This document shows, in pieces, positions 12,612-24,406 of a stretch of 64,000 bases of DNA (its first letter is position 1; every line of letters starts with the position of its first letter). This DNA is from Mytilus edulis (taxonomy: Eukaryota). The translations under genes and the position numbers were made by a program. The notes below the pieces were generated by a model. It saw nothing but the letters and a program-made list of their open reading frames with translations. It did no database searches and was not told where the DNA came from. Location: positions 84,382,001-84,446,000 of the forward strand of contig NC_092351.1 of NCBI RefSeq assembly GCF_963676685.1. The letters run 5' to 3'.

Positions 12612-13548
12612 CTGTAAGTATTACAAAAATGGACTAAATACCAAAGAACACGAATTCAAAATAACACTAATTAAATGAATTGGTAGGCAGCATTTTTTCA
12701 AACTCATCACAACCTTTCAAAATCAAAAACGTTTACGTGAAAGATTATAAGGTACAAAGTCGTCTTGATTAATTTTTGTTTATTTCAGACAGCATTTTTT
12801 GAGTTATGAAAAAAACAAAAATACTAAAATTACATAAGGCAAAAGAGGTGATTACTTTGCATTTATTTTCACCTCCTCAGCTTGTTTGGAAAAACGAGCA
12901 AAAGGAAGTGGACATTTAACTCTCAGTTATGTAGAAATGCATATTATATACAAATGATTAAACCATGCATTAAGGATACCACTTTTAAATATCATCTGTC
13001 AGGTGATATGACTGGTTTTGGTTTTGTTCTCATTCAATGTTCAATAATTTTTTTATATATTGAAAATAAGTTTTGCGTCTGGCAAACAATTATTTTTTTA
13101 CAGCATCGATAAATCCAAGGAGGAAAATACTTTACTCTCAAACTTGAAAACTTATATTTTGAAAATGTTATGAATCATTCTCCATATGAAGAGGTACAAA
13201 ATTCTATATTGAAAACAAAAGTCTTGAACAAGAAATGTCGACAAAATAAGGATGGGTCTTACTGCTTAGATCTCCTGCTACCTGGCATGAGAATGATGAA
13301 AAGTGTTCACATTTGGTTTATGAAAATAGGAAAGTAAAATTTGATAAAGGAAACAATGCCAGAACTAATAGATGAAAAGGTCAACATATTTAAAACCACA
13401 CCTGGTCTGAAACATGAAAGATTGAACTGGATATTTTGATGAGAGATCATAAAAAAATGTTCCTTCTAGTTGTATACAGATTCCATTATACTGCTTATCT
13501 TACAGTGCATCTTTTAAATCAAATTAAAGTAAATATATTTGTACTTAC

Positions 13549-14668
13549 CTATAACCTGATTCACTAACAGTATCTCATCGTCATCTCTCTCGTGGTTTTC
13601 CTGACTCTGTATGCTTCTCTCGAACAATCGAAGACTATCGTCAACAAATTTGTTCACCTCCAAATCAATTTCGTCTTCAGTTGAGTCAACTTGGGTATTT
13701 AAGTACAGTTTCAATTGACCATCTACTGTTGGATGGACGTTCAAAAAGGAGCTAATACTATTGCAGTTAATTAATTGTTCAGAAAGACTACAACATTCAC
13801 TTGCATTTTTAAGAAATTTACATAAGTAATCTTTTCTTGTAACTAATTTTGATTCTATTCTTTGGAAAGCAATATCATATTGATCAAGAGGTCTTTTGAT
13901 ATTTCTATCATATATTGGGTACAAGTTTCTGTGGAACTTATCCCCTTCGTCTTGGAGAGTACCAGTAGTCTTTTGGACCTTTTGTAGTTTATATTTGACA
14001 CGTAATATTTGCGTTCGAAGGGATTCAACGTCAATACCCAAATCTTGTTTTCTCTTTTTGAAAACTTCTTCAATGTCTTCCAGAGCATGTTTACTGATTT
14101 CCCGATGATCCTCGAGTGCACATGAAGGACACAGAACACTTTGACAATTTGCAGAATTACAGAAATATTTCAATTTCGCCCGGTCATGATTAGGAATCTG
14201 ACAAATATCAAAATTGTCTTCTTTCTCCTGGAATGTCTCAGAATTGTTAACAATTAAGCTGTGCGATTTGTTTTCTGTTATGTGTTGTTGCCGACATATT
14301 TCACAAAAATCCATCTTACACTGTTGACATGTATGAGTAACATCCACAGTACGACCACATTTGCAGCATTTTTTGAAGGCATTACGATATGAGTGAGTCT
14401 GCAAAAATGACGTTAAATCCCTTCTTGTGTTATCTTTTGGAAAATCTATAGGACTCTCCACCTTATGCACAGCGTTACAAGACGGACATTTAAGTGTATC
14501 CTTTCTTCGACCGAGCCTTTTTATACATTCTGAGCAAAACGAATGATGGCACGGAAGCAGTCTTGGTGTACGTCCATCTTCATCAAACACTTCTGTACAT
14601 ATGCTGCATTCTAAATATCGACGTTCTAATTCAGTTATCAAGCTGACCATATTTTTATCAGCCATCAT
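13549..14668 (-). CDS. TRIM paralogue B, first coding exon: RING (C3HC4), B-box1, B-box2, coiled coil; spliced product 931 aa
   Basis: CSIC..PCHHSFCSEC..CPSC RING and two B-boxes. Acceptor tttttcag|aATG, donor G|gtaagt at 13549. 1120+462+1214 nt = 932 codons including the stop, with no interruption. Confidence 0.9.
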
Positions 14669-15367
14669 TCTGAAAAATTTATATTCGTATAAGTTCTGAA
14701 ATACCATAAACAAATATGAAGGTAATGTTGAGGTAGCACAAAACAAAGATTTTATACCTCCAATTCCCCAGTTTCAAAATGCTTTAACTTTCTTTATTAT
14801 GCTTGAAAATTTATAAAAGTGATATCTATGGACAGTTAACAAATTAATGCAATGCTAGAATTATAAAACAATTATGTAATCAATTATAATTCTAACTGTG
14901 TCTACAAAATTTTACAAAAAATTTCAACTGTCAATTGCAATTAGCTTCTTCATGGATACCCCGAGAGGTGGATTTTTTAATATGTTGCTCCTAGAACCAT
15001 TATCTACAAAAGTGCGTCTCAGATTTTGGATAGAATGTTTAGATCAAACTTTACACATAATCAAACATTATTTACATTTATGTGGTAAAGATGTTGACAC
15101 TAATTACAGATTTATGAGAAAATGGAATACGATAGCAATAATTTGAGACACCTTATTGAAGCTCCTGGTGTGCTGATTAAGATTTCGTTAAAGTTTCCAG
15201 TATAGCTATACAGATGATAAAGCTAAATTCATTCAAGTGAACTGACCACAATTTTGCCATTAATTGCATACTAATTACATAATTATTGCATAGACAAAAC
15301 ATTGCATTTATTTAAAGTTTAATCTTTTATCTATCTACATATATCTCTTTCATTAATCTATATGCAG

Positions 15368-16000
15368 TGTAAGATTTGAAATATTCAAATTTTAGATATA
15401 AGTTTATTATTTATTAAATGTTTAACTAACATATTCATTTATTCTTGCAAGAATACGAAACATAGTTTTTACTATTTATTTATGAAAGCGCTAATGTAAC
15501 GTTGCGCTCTTTTGAACAACGCATTTTCCCGTTTCTGTTTTATGACGTTACGCCATTGACGTGCGCTTCGTCGTCTAGACTTTATTTGATTACATACTGA
15601 TGCACATTGTTTTTTATTAGACAGATTATAGTTGGTAAGAAACTTTTTATGTATACCATCTTTTTATTAAATCAAAACTTATTTAAAGAGAGAAAACATT
15701 ATATACTATTTATTAGAAATATGCGTAACTTTTCATTATTATTTTAAACGTGATTTAACTTATAAGAGAACTTATGATACATGAATGAAATGGTTTTTAT
15801 TGTTTGTTTAGTTAATGTGAACACTTAAACATGTATCTGATTATAATTTATGTATTTTTACTTATGTGAAATTATTCTTTATTTGTAGAGAATCGATTGT
15901 TAGCGACCATATGATATAATATATGAATAAAAGATAGATACATGGTGCAAACTCGAATACTCATCTCTTTGTCCTTAAGTTAACCGATGTGATTTGTACA
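15368..16000 (+). repeat. 5' LTR of the BEL/Pao element
   Basis: Direct repeat of 21872-22504, about 24 substitutions counted by eye (about 96% identity). Confidence 0.95.
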
Positions 16001-16080
16001 ATTCTCAACTCTGGAGACAATTATCAAGTTCTGGAGGAAATTCTAAAATTGTGCCGATTTTGTGACTATTTGGTTAAACA

Positions 16081-19000
16081 ATGGCTACCGATAGACGGAA
16101 TGAAGACTGTCTGGACTTCGGTGATGTAAAACGGACTCGTAGTACGAATGTAGCGCAGCTTACTAAATTGTACAACGAATTGAAGAAGAATTTAATTTCA
16201 TATGAGAAGATGGAACATGCAAAACAATTATATTCAAAGTTATGTGAAAGGTTTGAACAATTTAAGTTAGCTCACTTACAGTGTTTAGATTTGTGTACAC
16301 AATCAGAAGTTATAGCAAATTTGGAAGTGAACTATGAACGTTGTCATGAGAACTTTGTAGAACTCAGGGATAGATTTTCCCAGTATATCGCGAGTGAAAA
16401 ATCGCATGAAGAGGAAATACCCGAAGAAAGGGATACAGTTTCAATTGATAGCAGATTGAGTTCACGATCTCCAGTTTCATCACAATCTAGATTTCGCAGT
16501 GCCAAAGCTAAGCGACTCATCGCAGAACTTAAACTCAGGAAATTATCAGAACAGCATGAACTAGAGCGTGCACAAATAGAAATTAAATTTAGACAACAGG
16601 TATTTATTCAACTATCCGAGATGGAAGAGGCCAATATCGAAGAATCAGTGTGACAAGAAGCAGTGGAAGAAGATACAGATAATAACAGTGGAATCATGAA
16701 CATTCGGAACATTTCGCAAACAGTCTCGCAAACATTACAGAGCTCTGTTCCTGAGAGTGAAAATTAATGTATTAAAATGAACTCTTTTTCCGGATAAACT
16801 GTAGCAACTGATAAACCAAAGATCAACATTAATAACAGTACACAGGGAATCAGTGCTCAGTCTGGATTTTCAGATGTAAGTGTTTCTAGCATAGATTCGG
16901 CTTTTCAACGCCTAGCATCTACACTTCACGAAGGGTTTAATTTGCCAAAACCAGAATTTTAAACTTTTAATGGAACTCCGTTAGACTATAGTAAGTTTAT
17001 AAGGAACTTTGAGACAAACATTGAAGGTAGAATAAGTGATAATAGTTTGAGACTGAGTTATTTAATTCAGTACTGTAGAGGTGAAGCAAAGTGTTGTATA
17101 GAAGATTGTGCATTATTAGATTCTGATGAGGGTTGCAAACGTGCTAGGGCAATATTGTACTCCCGATACGGTAGGCCACATGTAATTGCTAGAACATTTA
17201 TTGAAAAATTAGAGTACGACGCTCAGATTAAAGCGTCAAATATTGAAGGTTTAACTAAATTGGCATTAGAAATGCAAAAATGTGAAATCACATTGTCTCA
17301 GTTAGGTTTTAATTCAGATATTGATAATTCTGAAATTTTAAGGTGTATTGTTAAACGCCTTCCAATGCATACGAGAACAAGATGGGTCGATATTGCTCAT
17401 TCAATTAGTGAGTCTGGTAGAGAACCCCGTTTTTCTGATTTAGCTAAATTTGTAGACGAAAAATCACGCATTGCTAGTTCTATGTATGGTTACGATCTTT
17501 GTAGAGAAAACAATCAGAACAAGACTGATAATAGGGTAAACATCATAATAATGATACAGTTAATTGTAAGGTTACTACGTTAAGTACTCAAAGTTTAAAT
17601 AACACAGCTAAGTATGAGCAAAAATGTAAATATTGTACAGGTACATGTGTTTATTTGACATCTTGTAGCAAATTCAAGTCAATGAGTTTAGATGATAGTT
17701 ATAAATTAGTACGCATGTTAAAATTGTGTTATAATTGTTTAAAAGGAAAGCATTTTGCTAATAATTGTAGAAAACCAAAAGCATGCACTGTATCTGACTG
17801 TAATGTTAAGCATTATATTTTATTGCATAGTTGGTCTAAGCCCGGTTTTGATCATGCAGCTACTCAGCCTTCAGTTAATTGCGCATCTACTAAAGGTTCT
17901 ATAATTAAGAACTGTTTAGGAATTATTCCTGTCCTCGTTAAGGGTCGGAACGGTAACTCTTGCAAAACATTTGCCTTGCTAGATTACGGAGCAGATAAAA
18001 CTTTATGTGATGAAAGATTACTTCAGAAATTAAATATAGCCAGCAAGCCGGTCACTTTCGAGATGTCTATTGTTAGCTCTTCTGGTAGTACAATTCACGG
18101 TCAAGAAGTTGACTTACAAGTAAAAGCTGTTGACGGAAATGATAACGTGTCTTTAAAAAAGGTCTGGTCAGTAAACAAGCTTCCAATTTCAGCTCGATCT
18201 GCCGCAGAAATGTAGATATAAGAAAATTGTCGTATTTAGCCGATATACAGATACCCTCTACTGATTTAACCGAGGTCATGTTGTTAATTGGTACAGATTC
18301 ACCTAACGCTCACATTCCGCTAGAAGTAAGGTCCGGTAACGAAAACCAACCATATGCAATTCGCTCACGCCTCGGATGGGCTATTCCTGGTCCTATTGAA
18401 GATACGCATGCGTCAAATGTTATAAATTATAATTGAGGAGGCAAGGGATGTTTTGTTGCAGCGACAATTAGAATGGATGTGGGCCTCTGATTTTGATGAT
18501 AGAGCACGAGAAGACAAGAATGGCTTGTCTATAGAGGATAAAGAGGCTATGAAAATGATGGAGTCATCTTTAACGCAGGAAGATGGCCATTTCAAGCTCG
18601 GACTACCTTGGCGCGATAGAGAGACCACGCTACCAAATAACATGGTTCTTGCACATGCCCGCTTACAACAATTGAAACGCAAATTGTCAAGTAATGAGAC
18701 GTTACATAAAATGTATACGACAACTGTCAATGATTACATAGAAAAGGGATATGTCAAGGAGATGACTAATATTGAGTCTAAATCAAAACGTATTTACCTC
18801 ATCACCCAATAACAAATGAAAATAAACCTGGAAAAGTTCGTGTAGTATTTGACTGCGTATCGAAGTATCAAGGAATTTCACTTAACAGCCAACTTCTACA
18901 GCGGCCCGATTTAATGAATAGTTTAGTAGGTGTAATTATCAGGTTCAGACAAGACAAAGTAGCTCTAGCTGCCGATATTGAAGCCATGTTTCATCAGGTA

Positions 19001-21789
19001 CGCGTTCGAGAAGACGACTGTGATGCGTTGCGGTTTTTATGGTGGCCTAACGGTAATTTAGATCAGAAACCTAAAATTTATTGTATGAACGTTCACTTGT
19101 TTGGGGCTACATCGTCGCCAAGTTGTACTGCATATGCACTTAAACGTACGGCAAGAGATTATGCACAATTATTTGACAAAGAAGTTGCGTTAACTGTAGA
19201 AAGAAATTTCTACGTCGACGACTGCCTGAAATATGTACCATCAGAGCAACAAGCTATTAAACTCGCTACAGACCTGCAATCAATGAAGAAAATGGGTGGT
19301 TTCCGACTTACAAAATGGCTCAGTAACAGAAGAAATATTTTGAATGCAATACCAGAATCAGAACGGGCTTCATCTGTAGTCAGTCTTGGACCTAGTGATA
19401 TGTTGCCAAGTGACAAAGCCTTAGGCGTTATTTGGGATGTGAATGAAGACAAAATAAAATTTAAAGTAAAACTATCAGACAAACCTCTGACAAGGCGTGG
19501 TATACTATCAATCGTGAGCTCCATATTTGACTCTTTTAGACTGGTTTCTCCAGTTCCACTTAGAGCCAAAGCTATTGTACAGCACGTATGCAAAGAGAAG
19601 GTTGGGTGGGATGAACAGATTCCACAAGAGTACGTTGATAAATGGAAAAGTTGGGTGAAGAACTAACCATGTTTAGAAAATTTGTCCGTAAACCGTTGTG
19701 TCCTACCACGAGATGTTCAACATGTTAAAAATGTACAATTGCACATATTTAGTGACGGTTCAGAACTTGGATATGGCGCGTGTGCATACCTCAGGGTCGT
19801 TGATGAAAATGACAGAACTACTTGGTCTCTTATGATGGGAAAAGCTCGCTTAGCACCAATTAAACAGGTTTCAATACCAAGACTGGAATTATCAGGAGCT
19901 GTTACTGCTTGTCGTTTGTATGAGATTTGTCAGATGAACTTGAATTAAATATAAATACGGTTACTTTCTGGACAGATTCAACGATTGTTATAGGGTACAT
20001 TAGAAATACGTCACGACGATTTGAAACATTCGTAGCAAATAGATTGAGCGTTATACAAAATACAACATCTCTAGATCAGTGGCGTCACGTTGACTCCAAA
20101 CAAAACCCTGCTGATATAGCGTCAAGAGGCATTGACGCCTGCGATAGACAAAATCTTGAACTTTGGTTGAACGGTCCAAAGTTTCTTCATAAAAACTCTG
20201 AGCACTGGCCAAGGAACGTACTGGACGAAGAACTAGGGATAGCTAAGACTGATACTGAAATCAAGAAGGAGATAGCTGTTCATGCTACAACCAATAATGC
20301 CATAGACAATTTGTTAGGATACTTCTCCGACTGGATAAAACTCAGACGAGCTATTGCATGGTTTGGGAGATTTAAGATTTATTGCAGAAATCGTTACCTT
20401 GGACATCATTTGCCGTGTAACAGTGGTAATCTTAATGTAACAGAACTTCGGGAGGCTACCTATAAAATATTAGCACATGTTCAAATGAGTTATTTTTCAG
20501 ATGAAATAACAAACTTGAAGAAGGCAAAGCCCGTGAAAAAAGGAAGCCGTATTGCTTCTCTCAATCCTGTTTTGGTTAATGAACTTATCCGATCAAAAGG
20601 GCGCCTAAATTATGACTTAAGCACTTGTCCCGTAATACTGCCAAACACACATCACGTGACTACGCTTATCATCCGTTATTATCACGAAACCACGGGACAC
20701 GTGGGAAAACAACAGGTGCTTGCAGCTTCTCGTGAAAAATATTGGATATTGAAAGGATCCAGTGCTGTGAAGACAGTTATCGATCGTTGCGTACCATGCA
20801 AACGACAACATGGTCCGTTTTGTAAACAGCAGATGGCACCCCTACTCGAGGAACAGATGACTGCAGACAAACCTCCTTTTACCTTTGTCGGAGTTGACTA
20901 ATTTGGTCCATTAAACGTTAAACTTGGACGGTCAGTTGTTAAGAGATATGGATGCCTCTTTACGTGCCTTACAACAAGAGCGGTTCATATAGAAATAGCC
21001 AACAGTTTAAATACGGATTCTTTTATTTCAGCCTTTCAACGCTTTACAAGTAGACGAGGCATTCCCAAAAAGGTCTACAGTGATAATTGAACACATTTCG
21101 TTGGCGGTGAAATCGAACTTCGAAAAAACATTGAACAATGGAATAAAGCAACTATATCAAATTATATGCTACACAAGGACATTATTTGGACATTTAATCC
21201 CCCATATGCAAGTCACCGCGGTGGTGCATTGGAACGAATGATTCGTTCAACAAGGAACATTTTAAAATCACTGATTAATCAACAACTACTTAGCGATGAA
21301 CAATTAGTGACATTTATGGCCGAAACTGAGCGTATAATGAATGATAGACCGATAACAGCAATAAGTGACGATTGTCGTGATTTACCAGTTTTAACGCCAA
21401 ATATGCTATTATTGATGAAGAGCAACACGTCAACACCACAAGGTGTGTTTGACAAAAAGGATATATATGCAAAACGATGGTGGAAACAAATACAACACCT
21501 AGCGAATGAATTCTGGAAACGTTGGTTGAGAGAATACTTACCAACCCTACATCAAAGAAGCAAATGGCAGAGGGAACAACGAGATGTTGAAATAGACGAT
21601 ATTGTTTTAGTTGCTGATGGACGTATACAGAGAGGACAATGGCCTTTAGGTAGAATAGTCGAGGTCACAAGGAGCCGTGATGGTCATATCCGTATCTGTG
21701 TGGTCAAAACTAGCTATATATATATATATAGTCAGTCACAGATTTTTAGACCTATAAATAAACTATGCTTACTCGAGTGTTCTAAATAG
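16081..21789 (+). pseudogene. BEL/Pao gag-pol polyprotein broken by stops and frameshifts
   Basis: Gag RLSYLIQYCRGEAK, CCHC knuckle CYNCLKGKHFANNC, protease [20 protein letters not shown] and YVDD, RNase H LHIFSDGSELGYG, integrase HETTGH..CVPC, GVD*FGP, SDN*, GGALERMI, spread over about 9 ORF pieces. Confidence 0.94.
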
Positions 21790-21871
21790 AACTATTTTTT
21801 ATTGGTGACAAAATTGTATTATATTTTTCAAACTGTATTAAGAATTTATTTGGTAATTTCATTGTGGGGAG

Positions 21872-22504
21872 TGTAATATTTGAAATATTCAAATTTTAAA
21901 TATAAGTTTATCATTTGTTAAATGTTTAACTAACATATTCATTTATTCTTGCAAGAATAAGAAACACAGTTTTTACTATTTATTTATGAAAGCGCTAATG
22001 TAACGTTGCGCTCTTTTGAACAACACATTTTCCCGTTTCTGTTTTATGACGTTACGCCTTTGACGTGCGCTTCGTCGTCTAGACTTTATTTGATTACATA
22101 CGGATGCACATTGTTTTTTATTAGACAGATTATAGTTGGTAAGAAACTTTTTATGTATACTATCTTTTTATTACATCAAAACATATTTAAAGAGAGAAAA
22201 CATTATATACTATTTATTAGAAATATGCGTAACTTTTAATTATTATTTTAAACGTGATTTAACTTATGAGAGAACTTATGATACATGAATGAAATGTTTT
22301 TTATTGTTTGTTTAGTTAATGTGAACATTTAAACATGTATCTGATAATAATTTATGTATTTTTACTTATGTGAAATTATTCTTTATTTGTAGAGAATCGA
22401 TTGTTAGCGACCATATGATATAATATATGAATAAAATATAGATACATGGTGCAAACTCGCATACGCATCTCTTCGCCCTTAAGTTAACCGATGTGATTCG
22501 AACA
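21872..22504 (+). repeat. 3' LTR of the BEL/Pao element
   Basis: Direct repeat of 15368-16000, preceded by the polypurine tract and followed by the TSD. Confidence 0.95.
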
Positions 22505-24264
22505 TGCAGTATTAAGACAGTAACAGCATTTTAAAGGTTAAAGATTGGAAACAAAAAATCTTTGTAATGTACTATAATTTCTCATCTAATCTTCAAAATT
22601 CTCAAACATTTTGGCAATAATGAGAAGTTTTTACTTGTCGAAATAAACATCTAGTACAGTACACATGGTACCATTGCTGTTTAAAATAGGGATATTAAAA
22701 AAGTAAAAGATCTAAACAGTATCAATTTACTTTTAAGAATCTTCTTGGTTAATAATGTAGGATAATCCTGTTTAAGTTCCTCGACTCTTTCCGTTCCCGG
22801 AGTAAACCCCTTACGTATGCGGTACATCCGTTTGGATGTGAATAGGACTGTTAAATTTGGGGCCTGATGTAAGGAGTGTTCCACAGCTTGCATTGCAGAA
22901 TCCGTTTTTTTTTTGGGTATTATTTGTTAATTTGCTCTCATCCTGAACATGCATGACATATGTGCCACTGGACGTCAAGTACACAATAAATCAATAAAAA
23001 TTATTGGAAGATTAGATGAGTGAAATATCCTATACACATCACCGTGATCGAAAAACAACATTCAATGGTCGGCAACATTATCTATACTTCTAAATTTAGC
23101 GGCATCTTTCACCTTTCATCATTATAAAGAACTAAGTTTGATAAGCTCGTTGACAACCAAAACATTCAGAAAAATAAACGTAAATGAAAATCTGTACATG
23201 TGTGTGTATAAATAATGATATGTTTTTTCGTGACAAGATTAAAAGACGATTATCTCTCCTTTTTAAAATCAAAAGATATTGAATTATCAACGACAGTCTA
23301 ACCAAGAACTCCTTACTTTAAGTAGCCTTTTCTCTTCTTATCAAAGTAGCATACTCTCGAAATATGCCAAACTCATTAATGGAACATGACGTTTCCCATA
23401 TCAAATGTGCATATAGTATTATGCACACAAAATAACCTGCACCTCTATCATGAGGGTCAATATTTGATTTCAAATAATGGATGTTATATAACAACCGGAA
23501 TATATATTATTTTCTTGTGATAAAGGCTTATGTCATGGTATAAACAGTTTATCCTCGTGGAATTTTGTCTGATGCTTGGTCCGTTTCTGTGTGTGTTACA
23601 CTGTAGTGTTGTGTCGTTGTTCTCCTCTTATATTTAATGCGCTTCCCTCAGTTATAGTTTGTTACCCCGATTTTGTTTTTTGTTCATGGATTTATGAGTT
23701 TGAACAGCGGTATACTACTGTTGCCTTTATTTATTGTTGATAATCAGCAAAAGTATAAACAGGGACTTGAGAAATTGTACGTTAAGTGATTCTGATATGA
23801 TTCCCCTAAATCGAGCAGAATAATATTTCAATAATGTAAATCTATAAGTTGATAGGCACGTCCACTGAAGTAAAATGACACAGAAATACATAACTATATA
23901 GATCATTGTACGGCCTTCAACAATGGGTGAAACTCATGCTGCATAGTTAGCTACAAAAGGCTCTTTGACAAATGTAAAACTATTATTCGCCCATTGTTTG
24001 AATATCAAATAAACTTCAGGTACTCGGAAAAAAGTTTGTGTGTTAGTACCAGCCGACAACACAGTCAATTAGTATGTGCTTGTAGTATGGCGTATCTCAG
24101 CTTAAGGCTTTTGAAAATATAATTGCAAATTAATTTGCTGCAAAGTCATGTTTATCTTTCTTCTTTCTTATCCAATGGGCTATCATACAACATCTTCTTT
24201 ATTTCATATATATTATTCATAATTCCATTTAAGCTGATACTGTGATCGTCATTGTAACATTAAC

Positions 24265-24406
24265 ATGGTTACCCGCCGACCTTAATAAAGCTACGTGTAA
24301 ACGTGGAACAAAAGAGTTGTGTCGAACTTCGAATGATTACCCGCCGACCTTAATAAAGCTATGTGTAAACGTGGAACAAAAGAGTTGTGTCAAACTTCGA
24401 ATGGTT
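24265..24406. repeat. 68-bp tandem duplication (2 copies plus 6 bp)
   Basis: atggttacccgccgacc...aacttcga starts at 24265 and 24333, and atggtt appears again at 24401; 3 mismatches. Confidence 0.9.

Larger units (their letters stand above)
15368..22504 (+). mobile_element. BEL/Pao LTR retrotransposon, full length, decayed
   Basis: 633-bp TG..CA LTRs, TSD TGCAG (15363-15367 and 22505-22509), PPT gtggggag at 21864-21871, domain order gag-PR-RT-RH-IN. Confidence 0.96.

Noticed and set aside
13514-14746. ORF-track ends of the TRIM exons (e.g. MFCATSTL.., ..KYKYIYFNLI, MFIYVRLLILYMLLFSII as a signal peptide)
   Set aside because: These are intron read-through beyond conserved splice sites and are not shared between paralogues.
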